Assembly (NCBI GenBank): GCA_034005005.1
Contig: JAVEVO010000010.1
Coordinates: 467-64,466, forward strand
Direction of reading: 5' to 3'
DNA: 64,000 bases
DNA from: Myxococcota bacterium
Lineage (GTDB): Bacteria; Myxococcota_A; JAVEVO01
The translations under genes were made by a program, and so were the position numbers. Under the pieces are notes generated by a model that was given only the letters and a program-made list of their open reading frames with translations, ran no database searches and was not told the origin of the DNA. Shown here piece after piece: positions 37,137-49,042 of this stretch (within the stretch, counting starts at the first letter, position 1; each line of letters begins with the position of its first letter).

Positions 37137-38225
37137 ATGCCAGAATCCCTGCTGGAGTCCTACGGGTGGACACCTTTCTTGGCCCAACGCTTCGCACCGC
37201 TCGAGGCGCAGGGCCTGCTCCCTGGCCGGATCTGCTCCCAGGCGTCGAACCAGCTCTTCCGGGTGGTGACCGCGGCGGGCGAGGTCCCCACGTCGCGCGC
37301 CGGCGTGGTGCGCGACCTCGACGGTGAGCCGAGCGGCCCGCCCGCTGTCGGGGACTGGGTCGGGGTGGAGCCGGTGCCGGGCCAGGACGAGGTCCGGCTG
37401 CGGAGGTTGCTGCCGCGCACCTCGGCGTTCGTGCGCCAGGCGGCCGGCCTCGCCAGCCGGGAGCAGGTCGTCGCGGCGAACGTCGACACCCTCTTCCTGC
37501 TCATGGGCGCGGACACGGACTACAACCTGCGGCGGCTCGAGCGCTACCTGACCCTCGCCTGGGAGAGCGGTGCCGCTCCCGTGGTGCTGCTGAACAAGCT
37601 CGATCTGCTCCCCGCGGCCGCTCCCCTGCTGGCCGAGGTGGCGCGCTGCGCGCCCGGCGTGCCGATCCACGGGGTCAGCGCGGTGACCGGGGAGGGGCTC
37701 GAGCTCCTGGAGCCCTACCTGCTGCCGGGGTGCACCGTGGCCCTGCTCGGCTCCTCGGGGGTGGGCAAGTCGACCCTCGTCAACCGTCTGCTCGGCAGCG
37801 CGCGGCAGGCGACCGCCGGCTTGCGGCCGGGAGACGGGCGGGGCCGCCACACCACGACCTCCCGGGAGCTGGTGCGGCTGCCGGGGGGAGCCATCCTGCT
37901 GGACACGCCGGGGATGCGCGAGCTGCAGTTGCTCGGCGAGGGGGAGGGCCTGGACCAGACCTTCGCGGAGATCGTCGCGCTCGCCGCGGGCTGTCGCTTC
38001 CCCGATTGCCGCCACGAGGACGAGCCCGGCTGCGCCGTCCTGGAGGCGGTCGCGGCCGGGGAGGTCCCGGCAGAGCGGCTCGCGGCCTACCAGAAGCTGC
38101 AGCGGGAGCTGGTCGGGAACGAGCTGCGCCACTCGGCCGCGCGCCGGGAGGAGGAGAAGCGGATGGGGCGGCGGATGGGCAAGATGATCAAAGAGATCAA
38201 GCAGTTCAACCCCAAGTGGCATTGA
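37137..38225 (+). CDS. rsgA: Ribosome small-subunit-dependent GTPase A
   Basis: GSSGVGKSTLVN P-loop. C-terminal CxFxDCxHxxEPGCAV zinc knuckle. Confidence 0.9.
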   Translation: MPESLLESYGWTPFLAQRFAPLEAQGLLPGRICSQASNQLFRVVTAAGEVPTSRAGVVRDLDGEPSGPPAVGDWVGVEPVPGQDEVRLRRLLPRTSAFVRQAAGLASREQVVAANVDTLFLLMGADTDYNLRRLERYLTLAWESGAAPVVLLNKLDLLPAAAPLLAEVARCAPGVPIHGVSAVTGEGLELLEPYLLPGCTVALLGSSGVGKSTLVNRLLGSARQATAGLRPGDGRGRHTTTSRELVRLPGGAILLDTPGMRELQLLGEGEGLDQTFAEIVALAAGCRFPDCRHEDEPGCAVLEAVAAGEVPAERLAAYQKLQRELVGNELRHSAARREEEKRMGRRMGKMIKEIKQFNPKWH

Positions 38226-38259
38226 CCGGGGCGCGGCTCACCGGGCCGTCGGGCGGGAG

Positions 38260-40068
<1,809 letters not shown>

Positions 40069-40092
40069 CCCTGTTCGCCTCCTGCTCGACGC

Positions 40093-41838
40093 TCAGTCCA
40101 CCCACACCCCGACCCGCTCCGGGTAGCGGCCCGCCTGGACACGGACCAGGCCCTGGTCGGTGATCTTCAGCTCCGGGATCACGGGCAGCCCCATGAAGGA
40201 GAGGGCGGCAGCCAGACGCTTCATGGAGGAGCCGAGGGCCTCCTGACAGAAGTCGTGCAAGGCCTGCTCCTCGAGGACGACGGATTCGAAGGTACCGTCG
40301 CTCATCAGGCCGGCGACCGGCAGGGGCAGCACGCGCTCCGCGGGGCCGGCCACGGCCACCTGCCCGCCGTGGAAGGCGGTGATCCGTTCGGCCGCGCGCC
40401 GGATGGACTCGTCGTCCATGCCCGCGACGATGATGTTGTGCGAGTCGTGGCAGACGGAGCTGCCCACCGCGCCCCGCTTCAACCCCAGGCCCTGGATGAA
40501 GCCCACGCCGAAGGCCCCGCTGTTGCGGTGTCGCTCGAAGACGCAGATCTTGGCGAGGTCCTGCGCCGGGTCGGGCTGCGCCCAGCCGTCGACGAGCCGT
40601 GGGCTCACCGTCGCTTCCCCGGTGAGGATCTGGCCGGGCTGGGCCGTGATGCAGCGCAGCTTCCGTCCGGCGACCGCGCGCACGGCGAGGGCCTCCACCG
40701 GTGGCAGGTCCGCGTTCATGGTGGAGCGGAGGTGGCTGCGCAGGGGGCGCCCCGCGGGGAGCTCCACCCCGTCCCGGATCACGAAGCGGCCGCTGCGCAT
40801 CACCGCGGTGGGCCGGAACTCGGTCAGATCGGGCGCCACCACCAGGTCGGCCAGGGCGCCGGGGAAGATGGCCCCGTGGCGGCTCAGCCGGAAGTAGGTG
40901 GCGACGTTGATCGTCGCCATCTGCAGGGCCCGGATCGCCGGGACGCCATTGGCCACGCAGATCCGCAGCATGTGGTCCAGGTGGCCCCGCTCGGCCAGGT
41001 CGATGGGGTCGAGGTCGTCGGAGGCCAGCAGGATCCGGGAGGAGTTGTGCTCGTTGACCAGGGGCAGGAGGTCCTGCAGGTTCGACTCGGTGCTGCCTTC
41101 GCGCAGCATCAGGTACATCCCCCGGTCGAGCTTCTCCTGGGCCTCCGCGACGCCGGTGCTCTCATGGTCGGAGGAGATGCCGAGGTAGATGTAGGCGTTG
41201 AGCGGCTTGCCGGACAGCAGCGGCGCATGGCCGTCGGCACGCAGGCCCCGGGCCTCGATGTCCGTCAGCTTCTGCAGCACCTTGGGGTCGCCGTAGATCG
41301 CCCCGGGCATGTTCATCATCTCGCCGAGGGAGACGAACCAGGGGTTGTTGAAGAACGTCCGCAGCTTGGTCGGCCCCATGTAGGAGGCGAAGGTCTCGAG
41401 CTCCGGGTCGGGGATGGCCGGTACGCAAGAGGGAATGCTGAAGTAGACGCTGAGTCTTTCGTTATGAGAAGCGGTATCTAGCTGGTACGAAACGCCCTCG
41501 AGAGACGCGACGTTGGCGATCTCGTGGGGATCGGCGAAGACCGCGGTCGTGCCGCAGCGGCTCATGGCCCGTCCGCACTCGGGGATCGTCAGCTTGCTCG
41601 ACTCGAGGTGGATGTGCGCATCCATGAGGCCCGGATAGACGTACTGCCCCTGCAGGTCGATCCGCTCCGCACCCTCGTACTCCGTGCCGATGCCGACGAC
41701 GTGGTTGCCCGCGATCGCGATGCTGACCCCTTCCTCGATGCGCCCGGACAGGACGTTGACCAGCCGGCAGTTGGCCAGCAGCAGGTCGGCCGGGCGACTG
41801 CCCAGCGCAGCTTCTCGGTGGGGGAAGTTGTCGGCCAT
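40093..41838 (-). CDS. ade: Adenine deaminase
   Basis: GAGGAGAGG RBS. YPGLMDAHIHLESS metal-binding motif. ~580 aa. Confidence 0.9.
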   Translation of the reverse strand: MADNFPHREAALGSRPADLLLANCRLVNVLSGRIEEGVSIAIAGNHVVGIGTEYEGAERIDLQGQYVYPGLMDAHIHLESSKLTIPECGRAMSRCGTTAVFADPHEIANVASLEGVSYQLDTASHNERLSVYFSIPSCVPAIPDPELETFASYMGPTKLRTFFNNPWFVSLGEMMNMPGAIYGDPKVLQKLTDIEARGLRADGHAPLLSGKPLNAYIYLGISSDHESTGVAEAQEKLDRGMYLMLREGSTESNLQDLLPLVNEHNSSRILLASDDLDPIDLAERGHLDHMLRICVANGVPAIRALQMATINVATYFRLSRHGAIFPGALADLVVAPDLTEFRPTAVMRSGRFVIRDGVELPAGRPLRSHLRSTMNADLPPVEALAVRAVAGRKLRCITAQPGQILTGEATVSPRLVDGWAQPDPAQDLAKICVFERHRNSGAFGVGFIQGLGLKRGAVGSSVCHDSHNIIVAGMDDESIRRAAERITAFHGGQVAVAGPAERVLPLPVAGLMSDGTFESVVLEEQALHDFCQEALGSSMKRLAAALSFMGLPVIPELKITDQGLVRVQAGRYPERVGVWVD

Positions 41839-42098
41839 CCGTCCTCTCCTCGGCGCTCGATCCGCGAAGAGTCATACCCGATCGCCCGCAGGGGCAGGAG
41901 GGGCTTTCTTGGGCGCGGCGTCCCGAGGCCGTTCGCTGCGTGGCACCGGCCCGCGGCCGGGTGGCGACCGACCTCCGCGTCGGTCGCTGCGCCCCTGCCG
42001 ACCACCAGCGCCGGGACCCGCGAGGGTGTCACGGCCGGTGCCGGTCCGGCTTCCGGCGCCTGGGCGGCCAGGCAGCCAGCCCCCCCTGAGGGTGACCC

Positions 42099-44273
42099 GT
42101 GGAGGTGTTCCTGGTAGGATGCCCAGGTCGTGGTGTCCGTGGCGAGGTGTCACGCGTGATCCCAGGCCCCGAGCAGGTGAGCGGTCCGCCAGCCCGTGCG
42201 GCGCGCCTGCGTCCTCGGCTGCGCGTGCGGTGGACGCCGTGCTCGCTGGGCCTGCTGGTCGCGGTCACCCTGCTGGTCGCGGTCGCTCCGCGCGCTGGCC
42301 GCGCCGGCCTCCCTGGCGAAGGCGCCTCCCCGGACGTCCTGCCCGCACTACCAGGCGCCCCGGCAGCGCTCGACCCGCCCCCGCCGTCCCCGCCGCCCCT
42401 GGCACCGGACCCCGCGGTCGAGCGGGGTGTGGACGGTGACACGGCGGCCCCGCGGGTCTCCCTCGATTTCTTGCTCGGCGGCCGGGGTCGGCTCAGCGCC
42501 GCGAGCCTCGTCCCCGGGCCCCGCGGGCAGGGGCTGATCCTCGCCGATCTGCAGGCGGCCGTGCCCGGGTGGGCCCTCTCGGGCGGGGCCGAGCGGGTCG
42601 AGGTCCCGGCCGGGGCGGCCGGGCCGGCGGTCCCGGCAGACGCGCCCGCGGAGGAGCCGGTGCGTCTGCTCCGCCCCCACCTCACCCTGGATCTCACCGG
42701 CAGCGGCCCCACCTCCGCAACGCGCCCGCCCGCTCTGGCCGGCCCGTCCTCGCCCGGCCCCTCCTCCTCGTCGCCTCCCCCTCTTGCGGCGGCCCGGCGG
42801 GCGCGTGCCGCGACCGTGGATGGGAGCCGGCTGGCTGGCGAGCGTGCCCGGATGCTCCTCGAACACCTGCTCCAGATCACGTCGCCCGCTCCACCCGCCT
42901 GGCTGCACCTGCTCCCCCCGCTCCAGCTCGTGCAGGGGAGCTTGCAGGTGGTGCTGCCCGGGGCACGGCTGCGCCTGGAGGAGTTGAGCGGGAGCCTGAC
43001 GCCTCAGGGGTCCTTGCTGCTCGCGGGCCGGCTGACGGGGCCCGGCGCCAGCCGGGGGGAGCTCAACCTGGAGCTGGCCTGGCCCCGGCGCACGGAGCAG
43101 GGGGAGCTGCTGCTCGCCGGCCGGGTCACGCTCCGTGATGGGCAGCTCTCCTCCCCGGCCATCGCCGCGCAGCCGCTGACCGGGCTGCACGGCGACGCGA
43201 CCTGGTCCCTGGTCTACGACCCCGGCCGGGCCACGGCCGTGATCGAGGTGGCGCCCTTGCTGCTGCAGGGGCTGCGGACCAAGCTGACCCTCACGGTGCG
43301 GCGGCTCGGCCAGGCTCCCCTGGCCATCGGCGTGGCCCTCGACCTGCTGCCCCAGCCCTGCCAGGCCCTCGTTCGCACCCTGCCGCCCGCCTTCGCCCCC
43401 CGGCTGCAGGGACTGCAGTTGACCGGAGAGCTGCGGGGACGGCTGCTGCTGGACCTCGACCTGCGCCAGCGCACGGAGCCCATCACCCGCCTCGATCTGC
43501 GGGGCCCCGGCTTCTGGAGCCGTTGCCAGGTCGGTCCCCTCGGCCCCGAGCTCGCGGTGGAGCGGCTGACCACCTCCTTCGTGCAGACGGTCCGGCCGCC
43601 CCGCCCGGAGCTGGCCGAGGTGCGGATCGGTCCGGGGACCTCGGGCTACGTGCCCACCGCGGACCTCCCCGCCCACGTGCTGCAGAGCATGCTGCTGACG
43701 GAGAACAGCTCGTTCTTCAAGCACGGTCCCCTCGCCTTTGGCCTGATCCGCAAGGCGCTCAACATCGACCTGCGGCAGGGCCGCTACGTCTACGGTGGCA
43801 GCACGATCACCCAGCAGCTCGCCAAGAATCTCTTCCTCGACGGTCGCAAGACCCTGGAGCGCAAGGTCGAGGAGCTCTTCGTCGCCTGGCGGATGGAGCA
43901 GCTCCTCGCCAAGGAGCGGATCCTCGAGCTGTACGTCAACTGCATCGAGTTCGCGCCCGGGATCTACGGGATCGAGGCCGCGGCTCAATATTACTTTGGT
44001 CATGGCGCACGGCTGTTGACTCCGGTGGAGGGGGTCTTTCTGGCTACCATCAAGCCCCTGCCCGCGGACGGCCCGCGCATGGCGCGCAACCGCAAGGTCG
44101 ACGGCTGGTGGATCAAGCGCGTCGGCGAGGTGATGCTGAGCCTGGAGCAGCTCGGCCTCATCACCGCGGCGGAGCGTGCGGCCGCCTACCCTTACCAGCC
44201 CGTGTTCCGTGAGGATTTCGTCGAGAACGCGCGCAAGCAGGTGCGTCGGGTCGGAGCTGGCCGGCCGCGCTGA
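42099..44273 (+). CDS. Membrane-anchored protein with a large N-terminal domain and a C-terminal GT51 peptidoglycan transglycosylase domain
   Basis: GGSTITQQLAKN, RKxxE motifs. N-terminal TM. Start uncertain (GTG at 42099 or 42225). Confidence 0.8.
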   Translation: MEVFLVGCPGRGVRGEVSRVIPGPEQVSGPPARAARLRPRLRVRWTPCSLGLLVAVTLLVAVAPRAGRAGLPGEGASPDVLPALPGAPAALDPPPPSPPPLAPDPAVERGVDGDTAAPRVSLDFLLGGRGRLSAASLVPGPRGQGLILADLQAAVPGWALSGGAERVEVPAGAAGPAVPADAPAEEPVRLLRPHLTLDLTGSGPTSATRPPALAGPSSPGPSSSSPPPLAAARRARAATVDGSRLAGERARMLLEHLLQITSPAPPAWLHLLPPLQLVQGSLQVVLPGARLRLEELSGSLTPQGSLLLAGRLTGPGASRGELNLELAWPRRTEQGELLLAGRVTLRDGQLSSPAIAAQPLTGLHGDATWSLVYDPGRATAVIEVAPLLLQGLRTKLTLTVRRLGQAPLAIGVALDLLPQPCQALVRTLPPAFAPRLQGLQLTGELRGRLLLDLDLRQRTEPITRLDLRGPGFWSRCQVGPLGPELAVERLTTSFVQTVRPPRPELAEVRIGPGTSGYVPTADLPAHVLQSMLLTENSSFFKHGPLAFGLIRKALNIDLRQGRYVYGGSTITQQLAKNLFLDGRKTLERKVEELFVAWRMEQLLAKERILELYVNCIEFAPGIYGIEAAAQYYFGHGARLLTPVEGVFLATIKPLPADGPRMARNRKVDGWWIKRVGEVMLSLEQLGLITAAERAAAYPYQPVFREDFVENARKQVRRVGAGRPR

Positions 44274-44306
44274 GCCCGCAGGCGAGGCCCGGGGGGGCGG
44301 CCCCGT

Positions 44307-45638
44307 TCAGGGATCGCGGTGGGGTGGTCCGTGGGGGACGGGCGAGCCGATCCAGAGCCTCTCCCGCACGCCGTCTGTCTGCAGCAAGGCCGGCCGGTCC
44401 GCGGGCGGCGCCGCGGCCGCGGCCCGGGTCAGACCCAGCAGCGCGGCCTTGTCAGCCTCGTCGGCCTCGTTCGGGACGAGGGGTCGGCCCATCAGTCTGG
44501 TGGCCAGCTCGGCCGGTGGCTCCGCCGGGGGGCCCGCGGGCAGGTCGGTGCGGCGGGGATCGAGGATCAGGTGCCGTTCCCAGGGGGAGACGTTGCGCCG
44601 GTACAGGAAGCTCAGCAGGTCCCCGACCACGGGCTGCTCCCGGGTCCATCGGGCCGCATGGGCCCAGAGGAGCTGCCCCGGCGCGTGGTGGTGCAGGGTG
44701 GCGACCAGCTCCGGGAGCACCCGGGCCAGGTCGTAGGCCACCACGAGGCCTGGGCCCGCGCTCGGTGCGAAGGGCGCGCAGGGGACGCCGAGCAGCTCGG
44801 CCGCGGCCAGGGCCAGGGTCTCGTTCTCGCGGTCGGGGAAGCTCAGGACCCGGGGAGGTGCCAGGGCGAGGGCCGACAGCACCCCCGCCAGGCGTGCCAG
44901 GGCCTGCCGGCAGCGGGTCTCGTCGTCCTCGCTCCGCTCCCAGCGGCCGCGGTCGCTGCCCGGGGTCCCGGGCGGCGCGGGCAGCAGCAGCAGCCCGCCG
45001 CTGATGACGAAGTGCCAGCCCCGCAGATCGTCGGCGTCCAGGGGGGTCACGGCGGCCACCACCTCGGCCCGGGCGAGCATCCCGGCCAGCCGGGCCTGGA
45101 GGAACCGCTCGGTGGCGTCCGCGGGGGGGCCGAGCGTGGTCAAGGCCTCCCGGGCAAATCTCAACTCACCCGCGAGCAGCAGGTTGAACGCGAGCAGGTA
45201 GCGGGTGAGGAAGGCGCCCGGCGTCCGGGAGGTGGACTCCTGGAGCAGCCGGGCTGCTTCCCGGTGCAGCCCCATGGTCTCCAGCGCGGCCACCTGCTCT
45301 TCGAGGAGCGCGAGCCGCTCCGGTTCCCGGGCTCGCGCCCGCGCCAGGGCCGCGACCGCCAGGCCCGGCAGCTCGGCTTCGAGGGCCGCCCGGGCGAGCT
45401 CGAGCAGCGGCGCGGGATCGTCGGGCCGGCTCGCGGCGAGCTGGCACCGTTCGGCGAGGGGCGGGGAATGGGTCTCGGCCGTCACGCGGGCCAGCAGCTC
45501 CAGCGCATCCGTCCACTGGCCGGGCTCGCGCAGGCCGTCCGGAGGATCGAGCAAGGGCAGCAGCAGCTCGAAGGCCCCCAGCGCGTCCTCGTAGCCGAGG
45601 GCCTCCTCGGCTTGCTCACGGACTTCCTCGAAGCGCAT
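44307..45638 (-). CDS. Hypothetical protein (444 aa) immediately downstream of the DUF4157 gene; candidate immunity or partner
   Basis: ATG at 45638 with GGAGAGA RBS. Helical repeat-like N-terminal half. Confidence 0.6.
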   Translation of the reverse strand: MRFEEVREQAEEALGYEDALGAFELLLPLLDPPDGLREPGQWTDALELLARVTAETHSPPLAERCQLAASRPDDPAPLLELARAALEAELPGLAVAALARARAREPERLALLEEQVAALETMGLHREAARLLQESTSRTPGAFLTRYLLAFNLLLAGELRFAREALTTLGPPADATERFLQARLAGMLARAEVVAAVTPLDADDLRGWHFVISGGLLLLPAPPGTPGSDRGRWERSEDDETRCRQALARLAGVLSALALAPPRVLSFPDRENETLALAAAELLGVPCAPFAPSAGPGLVVAYDLARVLPELVATLHHHAPGQLLWAHAARWTREQPVVGDLLSFLYRRNVSPWERHLILDPRRTDLPAGPPAEPPAELATRLMGRPLVPNEADEADKAALLGLTRAAAAAPPADRPALLQTDGVRERLWIGSPVPHGPPHRDP

Positions 45639-45706
45639 GGTCTCTCCGCGAAAAAGACGGTGGTGGTTGGGGGCGCGACCCGCTCCGGTCCGGCGGGCGC
45701 GGCCGC

Positions 45707-46954
45707 CTAGATGAAGATCCCCTCGGCCTCGTCGCAGGGGAAGTGCTGCACCGCGGGCCAGGCCGCGGCGACGGGGAGGTCCTCCTGGGTGTGGACCTTG
45801 CCCAGGTCGTAGGTGGTGCGGGTCTTGGAGATGTCGTCCACCTTGCTCGTGCTGTCGTAGACCGTGGCCTGCTCCCCCGCCTTCTTGGGGTTGGGGATCT
45901 GCTTCGGGCTCGCGCCGCGATAGCCCATGCCGATGGTCTGCTTGTGGTCGACCACCACCTCGTAGGAGCCGTAGAACTGGAGCATCTTGTCGGGGGTGGC
46001 GGCGTTCTTCTGGAAGCGCACGGGCAGCTCGCCGGTGGTGCCGGCCCGGGTCCCCTCGCTCCAGGTGACGATCGCCCCGCTCGCCTGGCTGAGCTGCTTG
46101 GCCAGGCCGGCCTTCGCCTTGTTGTCCGTGGAGGTCTTCAGCGCGTCCTTGGCCTCGACCAGCTTGGCGTAGAGCTGCTTGAAGGAGAGGACCGTCTTCT
46201 CGCGAGCGGCGGTGATCTTGGTCGCAGCGGCCTGGCGGGTCTTGAGATAGGCGTCGTAGGAGGTGAACTTCGTGCTGAGCCCGGGCGCCGGGACGAACGC
46301 ACCGTCGGGCGCGTAGCCCGTGGTCAGCCGCTCCTGCAGCTTGGCGTCCGTGACCTCGGGACCATGGCGTTTCAGGCTGTGCCCCTGGTCGCGGTCCTCG
46401 AGGGCCGTGGCGTCGACCTTGTCCTGGGCCTCGTCGCGCTGGATGGCCACGCCCGGTGAGCCTCCCCCTTGGATCATCCCGTCGAGCAGGGGCACGGCCG
46501 AGCGTCCGGCGGCGACCGTGCGGGCGACCTCCTCGGCGGCTTGCTCGTACTCGTCGCCGGCCTGGCCCACGCCGCCGGAGGGGATCAGCCCGTGCCGTTG
46601 CTGGATGACGTGCGCGGCTTCGTGGGCCGCCAGCGCGAGGGTGGGAGGCTTGGCGAAGAAGATCTCCTCGCCACAGGCCACCGCGTTGGCCCCTTGCGCG
46701 GTCGCGGCCGCGGCCGCGTCCGGCCCCTGGTGGACCCGGATCCGACTGACGTCGTGCTGCCCGAACGCCGGCGCGATGCGGGAGAGGAAGGGCAGCGGCC
46801 CACCCGCGTCCTGGGGCTGCAAGGCGTCGAGCTGATCCTCGTAAGGCAGGTCGCCCAGGCGGCGCCGGGACTGGGCCCCCTTGGTCTTGCCGGAGGCGGT
46901 GTCCGAGGCGTCGGGGAGCGCGGAAGACTGCGGACGCTGGCTCTGCTCTTGCAC
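45707..46954 (-). CDS. DUF4157-domain protein (HExxH: AHEAAHVIQQ) with a Lys-rich lower-GC C-terminal domain of unknown function; putative secreted toxin/effector
   Basis: GTG start with AGGAGAGG RBS. DUF4157-like block GQHDVSRIRVHQGPDA...AQGANAVACGEEIFF...AHEAAHVIQQ. C-terminal 250 aa has ~62-64% GC. Confidence 0.8.
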   Translation of the reverse strand: MQEQSQRPQSSALPDASDTASGKTKGAQSRRRLGDLPYEDQLDALQPQDAGGPLPFLSRIAPAFGQHDVSRIRVHQGPDAAAAATAQGANAVACGEEIFFAKPPTLALAAHEAAHVIQQRHGLIPSGGVGQAGDEYEQAAEEVARTVAAGRSAVPLLDGMIQGGGSPGVAIQRDEAQDKVDATALEDRDQGHSLKRHGPEVTDAKLQERLTTGYAPDGAFVPAPGLSTKFTSYDAYLKTRQAAATKITAAREKTVLSFKQLYAKLVEAKDALKTSTDNKAKAGLAKQLSQASGAIVTWSEGTRAGTTGELPVRFQKNAATPDKMLQFYGSYEVVVDHKQTIGMGYRGASPKQIPNPKKAGEQATVYDSTSKVDDISKTRTTYDLGKVHTQEDLPVAAAWPAVQHFPCDEAEGIFI

Positions 46955-47071
46955 GGGCCTCTCCTGGCCGGGAAGTCACTGAAAAAAATAGAGAGCAGCG
47001 TCGAGGAAGTCCAGGGAATGTGCGGGAGAGTCCCGTCGGTCGGGGGGGAGCGCCGTCGCCGCGGGGGTGTG

Positions 47072-47986
47072 CTACCCGAGGGACGCAACGAAGGCCGTGA
47101 TCCGCCGGGCGACCTCCGCGGGCTGCTCCATGGGGAGGAGGTGGCCCGTGCCCGGCACCTCCTCCACCCGGGCCGCGGGCAGGGTCCGGGCGAGCCGGCG
47201 CGCCGCCTCCCGGGTGAAGGCGGTGGAGGTCTCGCCGCGCAGGACCAGCAGGGGGAGCGAGAGGCGTCTCAGGGGGCCCCAGAGGTCGTCGGGAGTCGTG
47301 GCGAAGACCTGGGCCTCCCACTCCCGGGGGTAGGCCAGCCGCAGCACGCCCTCGGGCGTCTCCACCAGGCCGTGGTGGAGGTAGTCGTCCAGGCAGCGCG
47401 GGTCCCAGGACGCGAACAGCGGTCGCTGCCCGTAGTGGGCGCGGGCCTCGGCCCGGGAAGGCCAGGTCTCCCGGCGGCGCCGTGCACCCTGCACCAGGGG
47501 CAGCCGGCCGCCCCACCCGAGCCGCTTCAGGGCTCGCCAGAGGCGGGCTCGCCAGCCCGTGAAGATCACCGGGTCGATCAGCACCAGGGCACGGAAGAGC
47601 CCCGGGTCGGCGACCGCGGCGAGCAGGCTGAGCACCGCACCGAGGCTGTGGCCGACGCCGATCCCGGGTTGGGGATCGCCAGGTCGCAGCGCCTGGGCGA
47701 GGTCCGTGGCCAGCTCGTCCCAGCCCCGGAGCCGGGCGGGGTCGCTGCCGGGCCAGAGTGGGCGGGACGGCCAGGCGACCACCCGCCAGCTCCGGGCCAG
47801 CTCCTCGGCCAGGCGCGTGTAGGTCCCCGGGGGGAAGCCGTTGGCGTGGGCGAGGTGGAGCCGCAGACCGGTGCTGCCCCACTGCAAGGGGGGCGAGGCG
47901 ATCGGGCCCGGTGCGCTCGCTGGTTGGCCCGTTGCGTCCACGAGTCGGGTGGTCTTTGGTTCTTTGATACTGACGTCCTGCGTCAT
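47072..47986 (-). CDS. Alpha/beta-fold hydrolase
   Basis: GHSLG nucleophile elbow. ATGA start/stop overlap with the upstream gene. Confidence 0.85.
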   Translation of the reverse strand: MTQDVSIKEPKTTRLVDATGQPASAPGPIASPPLQWGSTGLRLHLAHANGFPPGTYTRLAEELARSWRVVAWPSRPLWPGSDPARLRGWDELATDLAQALRPGDPQPGIGVGHSLGAVLSLLAAVADPGLFRALVLIDPVIFTGWRARLWRALKRLGWGGRLPLVQGARRRRETWPSRAEARAHYGQRPLFASWDPRCLDDYLHHGLVETPEGVLRLAYPREWEAQVFATTPDDLWGPLRRLSLPLLVLRGETSTAFTREAARRLARTLPAARVEEVPGTGHLLPMEQPAEVARRITAFVASLG

Positions 47987-48789
47987 CTCCCGGGCTCCCG
48001 GGAGCCGGCGTCGGCCTGCCGGTGAGCCTCGTGGAGCTCCGCGCCCGGCCCTGGCCGGCGCAGGTCGTCGCCCTGGAGGACCGCGGGAACCTCCCCGGCG
48101 TGCAGCCCCCAGCCCACCAGGGCCTCGGCCAGGAGGGAGGCGTTCGTCGAGCGGTACCGGGCCTGGAGCAGCCGGAGGCCGAGCAGCCCGGCGAGAGCCA
48201 GCAGCCCATCGCCCAGCTTGGCGCCCAGGCGCTCCAGGGGACGAGGCTCCTCCCGGTCCGCACCAGTGATGATCGCCGGGCGCGCGATCCGCGTCTCCAG
48301 ACCGCTCGTCCGCAGTTCCTCCTCGAGCTGCCAGCGCGCCTGGAGGTAGGCCAGGCGAGAGTCCGGGCCGACGCCCAGGGCCGAGAGGAGGACGATCCGG
48401 GGAGCGAGTCCCGCCCGCCGGACGGCCTGCAGCAGGAGGTGGCTCAAGCCGTAGTCCACGGCCTGGTAGGACTCGGCGGCCGGCAGGCGGCCCGCCCGGC
48501 GGGCCTGGCGGGCCCTGGCCTTGGTCGTACCCAGCAGCAGGAAGACCAGGGTCGGCTGGGCCCGGACCAGGGCCGCGGCCAGGGCCTCCTCCTCCCAGGG
48601 GGTGGTGTCCACCCGGACGTGCGTGCCGAGGCTGTCGAAGCGGCTCGACCACTCGGTCAGCCGGGGCGAGTCGGGCCGGACATGGGCCCAGGTGACCACC
48701 CCGCGGGCCGCCAGGCTCTGGACCACCGCTCGCCCGACGTAGCCGGTGGCCCCTGCCACCCACGCCACCTGCGTCGCCACCTCGGCCAT
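47983..48789 (-). CDS. NmrA-like/atypical SDR NAD(P)-binding protein
   Basis: AGGAGG RBS. GATGYVGRAVV Rossmann motif. Confidence 0.8.
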   Translation of the reverse strand: MAEVATQVAWVAGATGYVGRAVVQSLAARGVVTWAHVRPDSPRLTEWSSRFDSLGTHVRVDTTPWEEEALAAALVRAQPTLVFLLLGTTKARARQARRAGRLPAAESYQAVDYGLSHLLLQAVRRAGLAPRIVLLSALGVGPDSRLAYLQARWQLEEELRTSGLETRIARPAIITGADREEPRPLERLGAKLGDGLLALAGLLGLRLLQARYRSTNASLLAEALVGWGLHAGEVPAVLQGDDLRRPGPGAELHEAHRQADAGSREPGR

Positions 48790-49042
48790 GATCGACCTCC
48801 TGCCTCCGATCGTCCCCCAACATCTTCGGCACGAACCTGCGGAAGACAACCGGCGCGGGGAGGTGATCGCCGGGAGGAGGCGCGTGTCCTCGATGCGTGG
48901 TCGTCGCCCTCCCGGTCGTTCGACGATCTTGACAAGCGGGAGGGGTGGCGCTTTCCTCTGGAGACTCGAACGAGATCGCTGCTGCGTCCCGACAGGGGGG
49001 TTGGCCTGGGGGGAGCGGCGGCTGGCCGTCGGAGGGAAGAGG

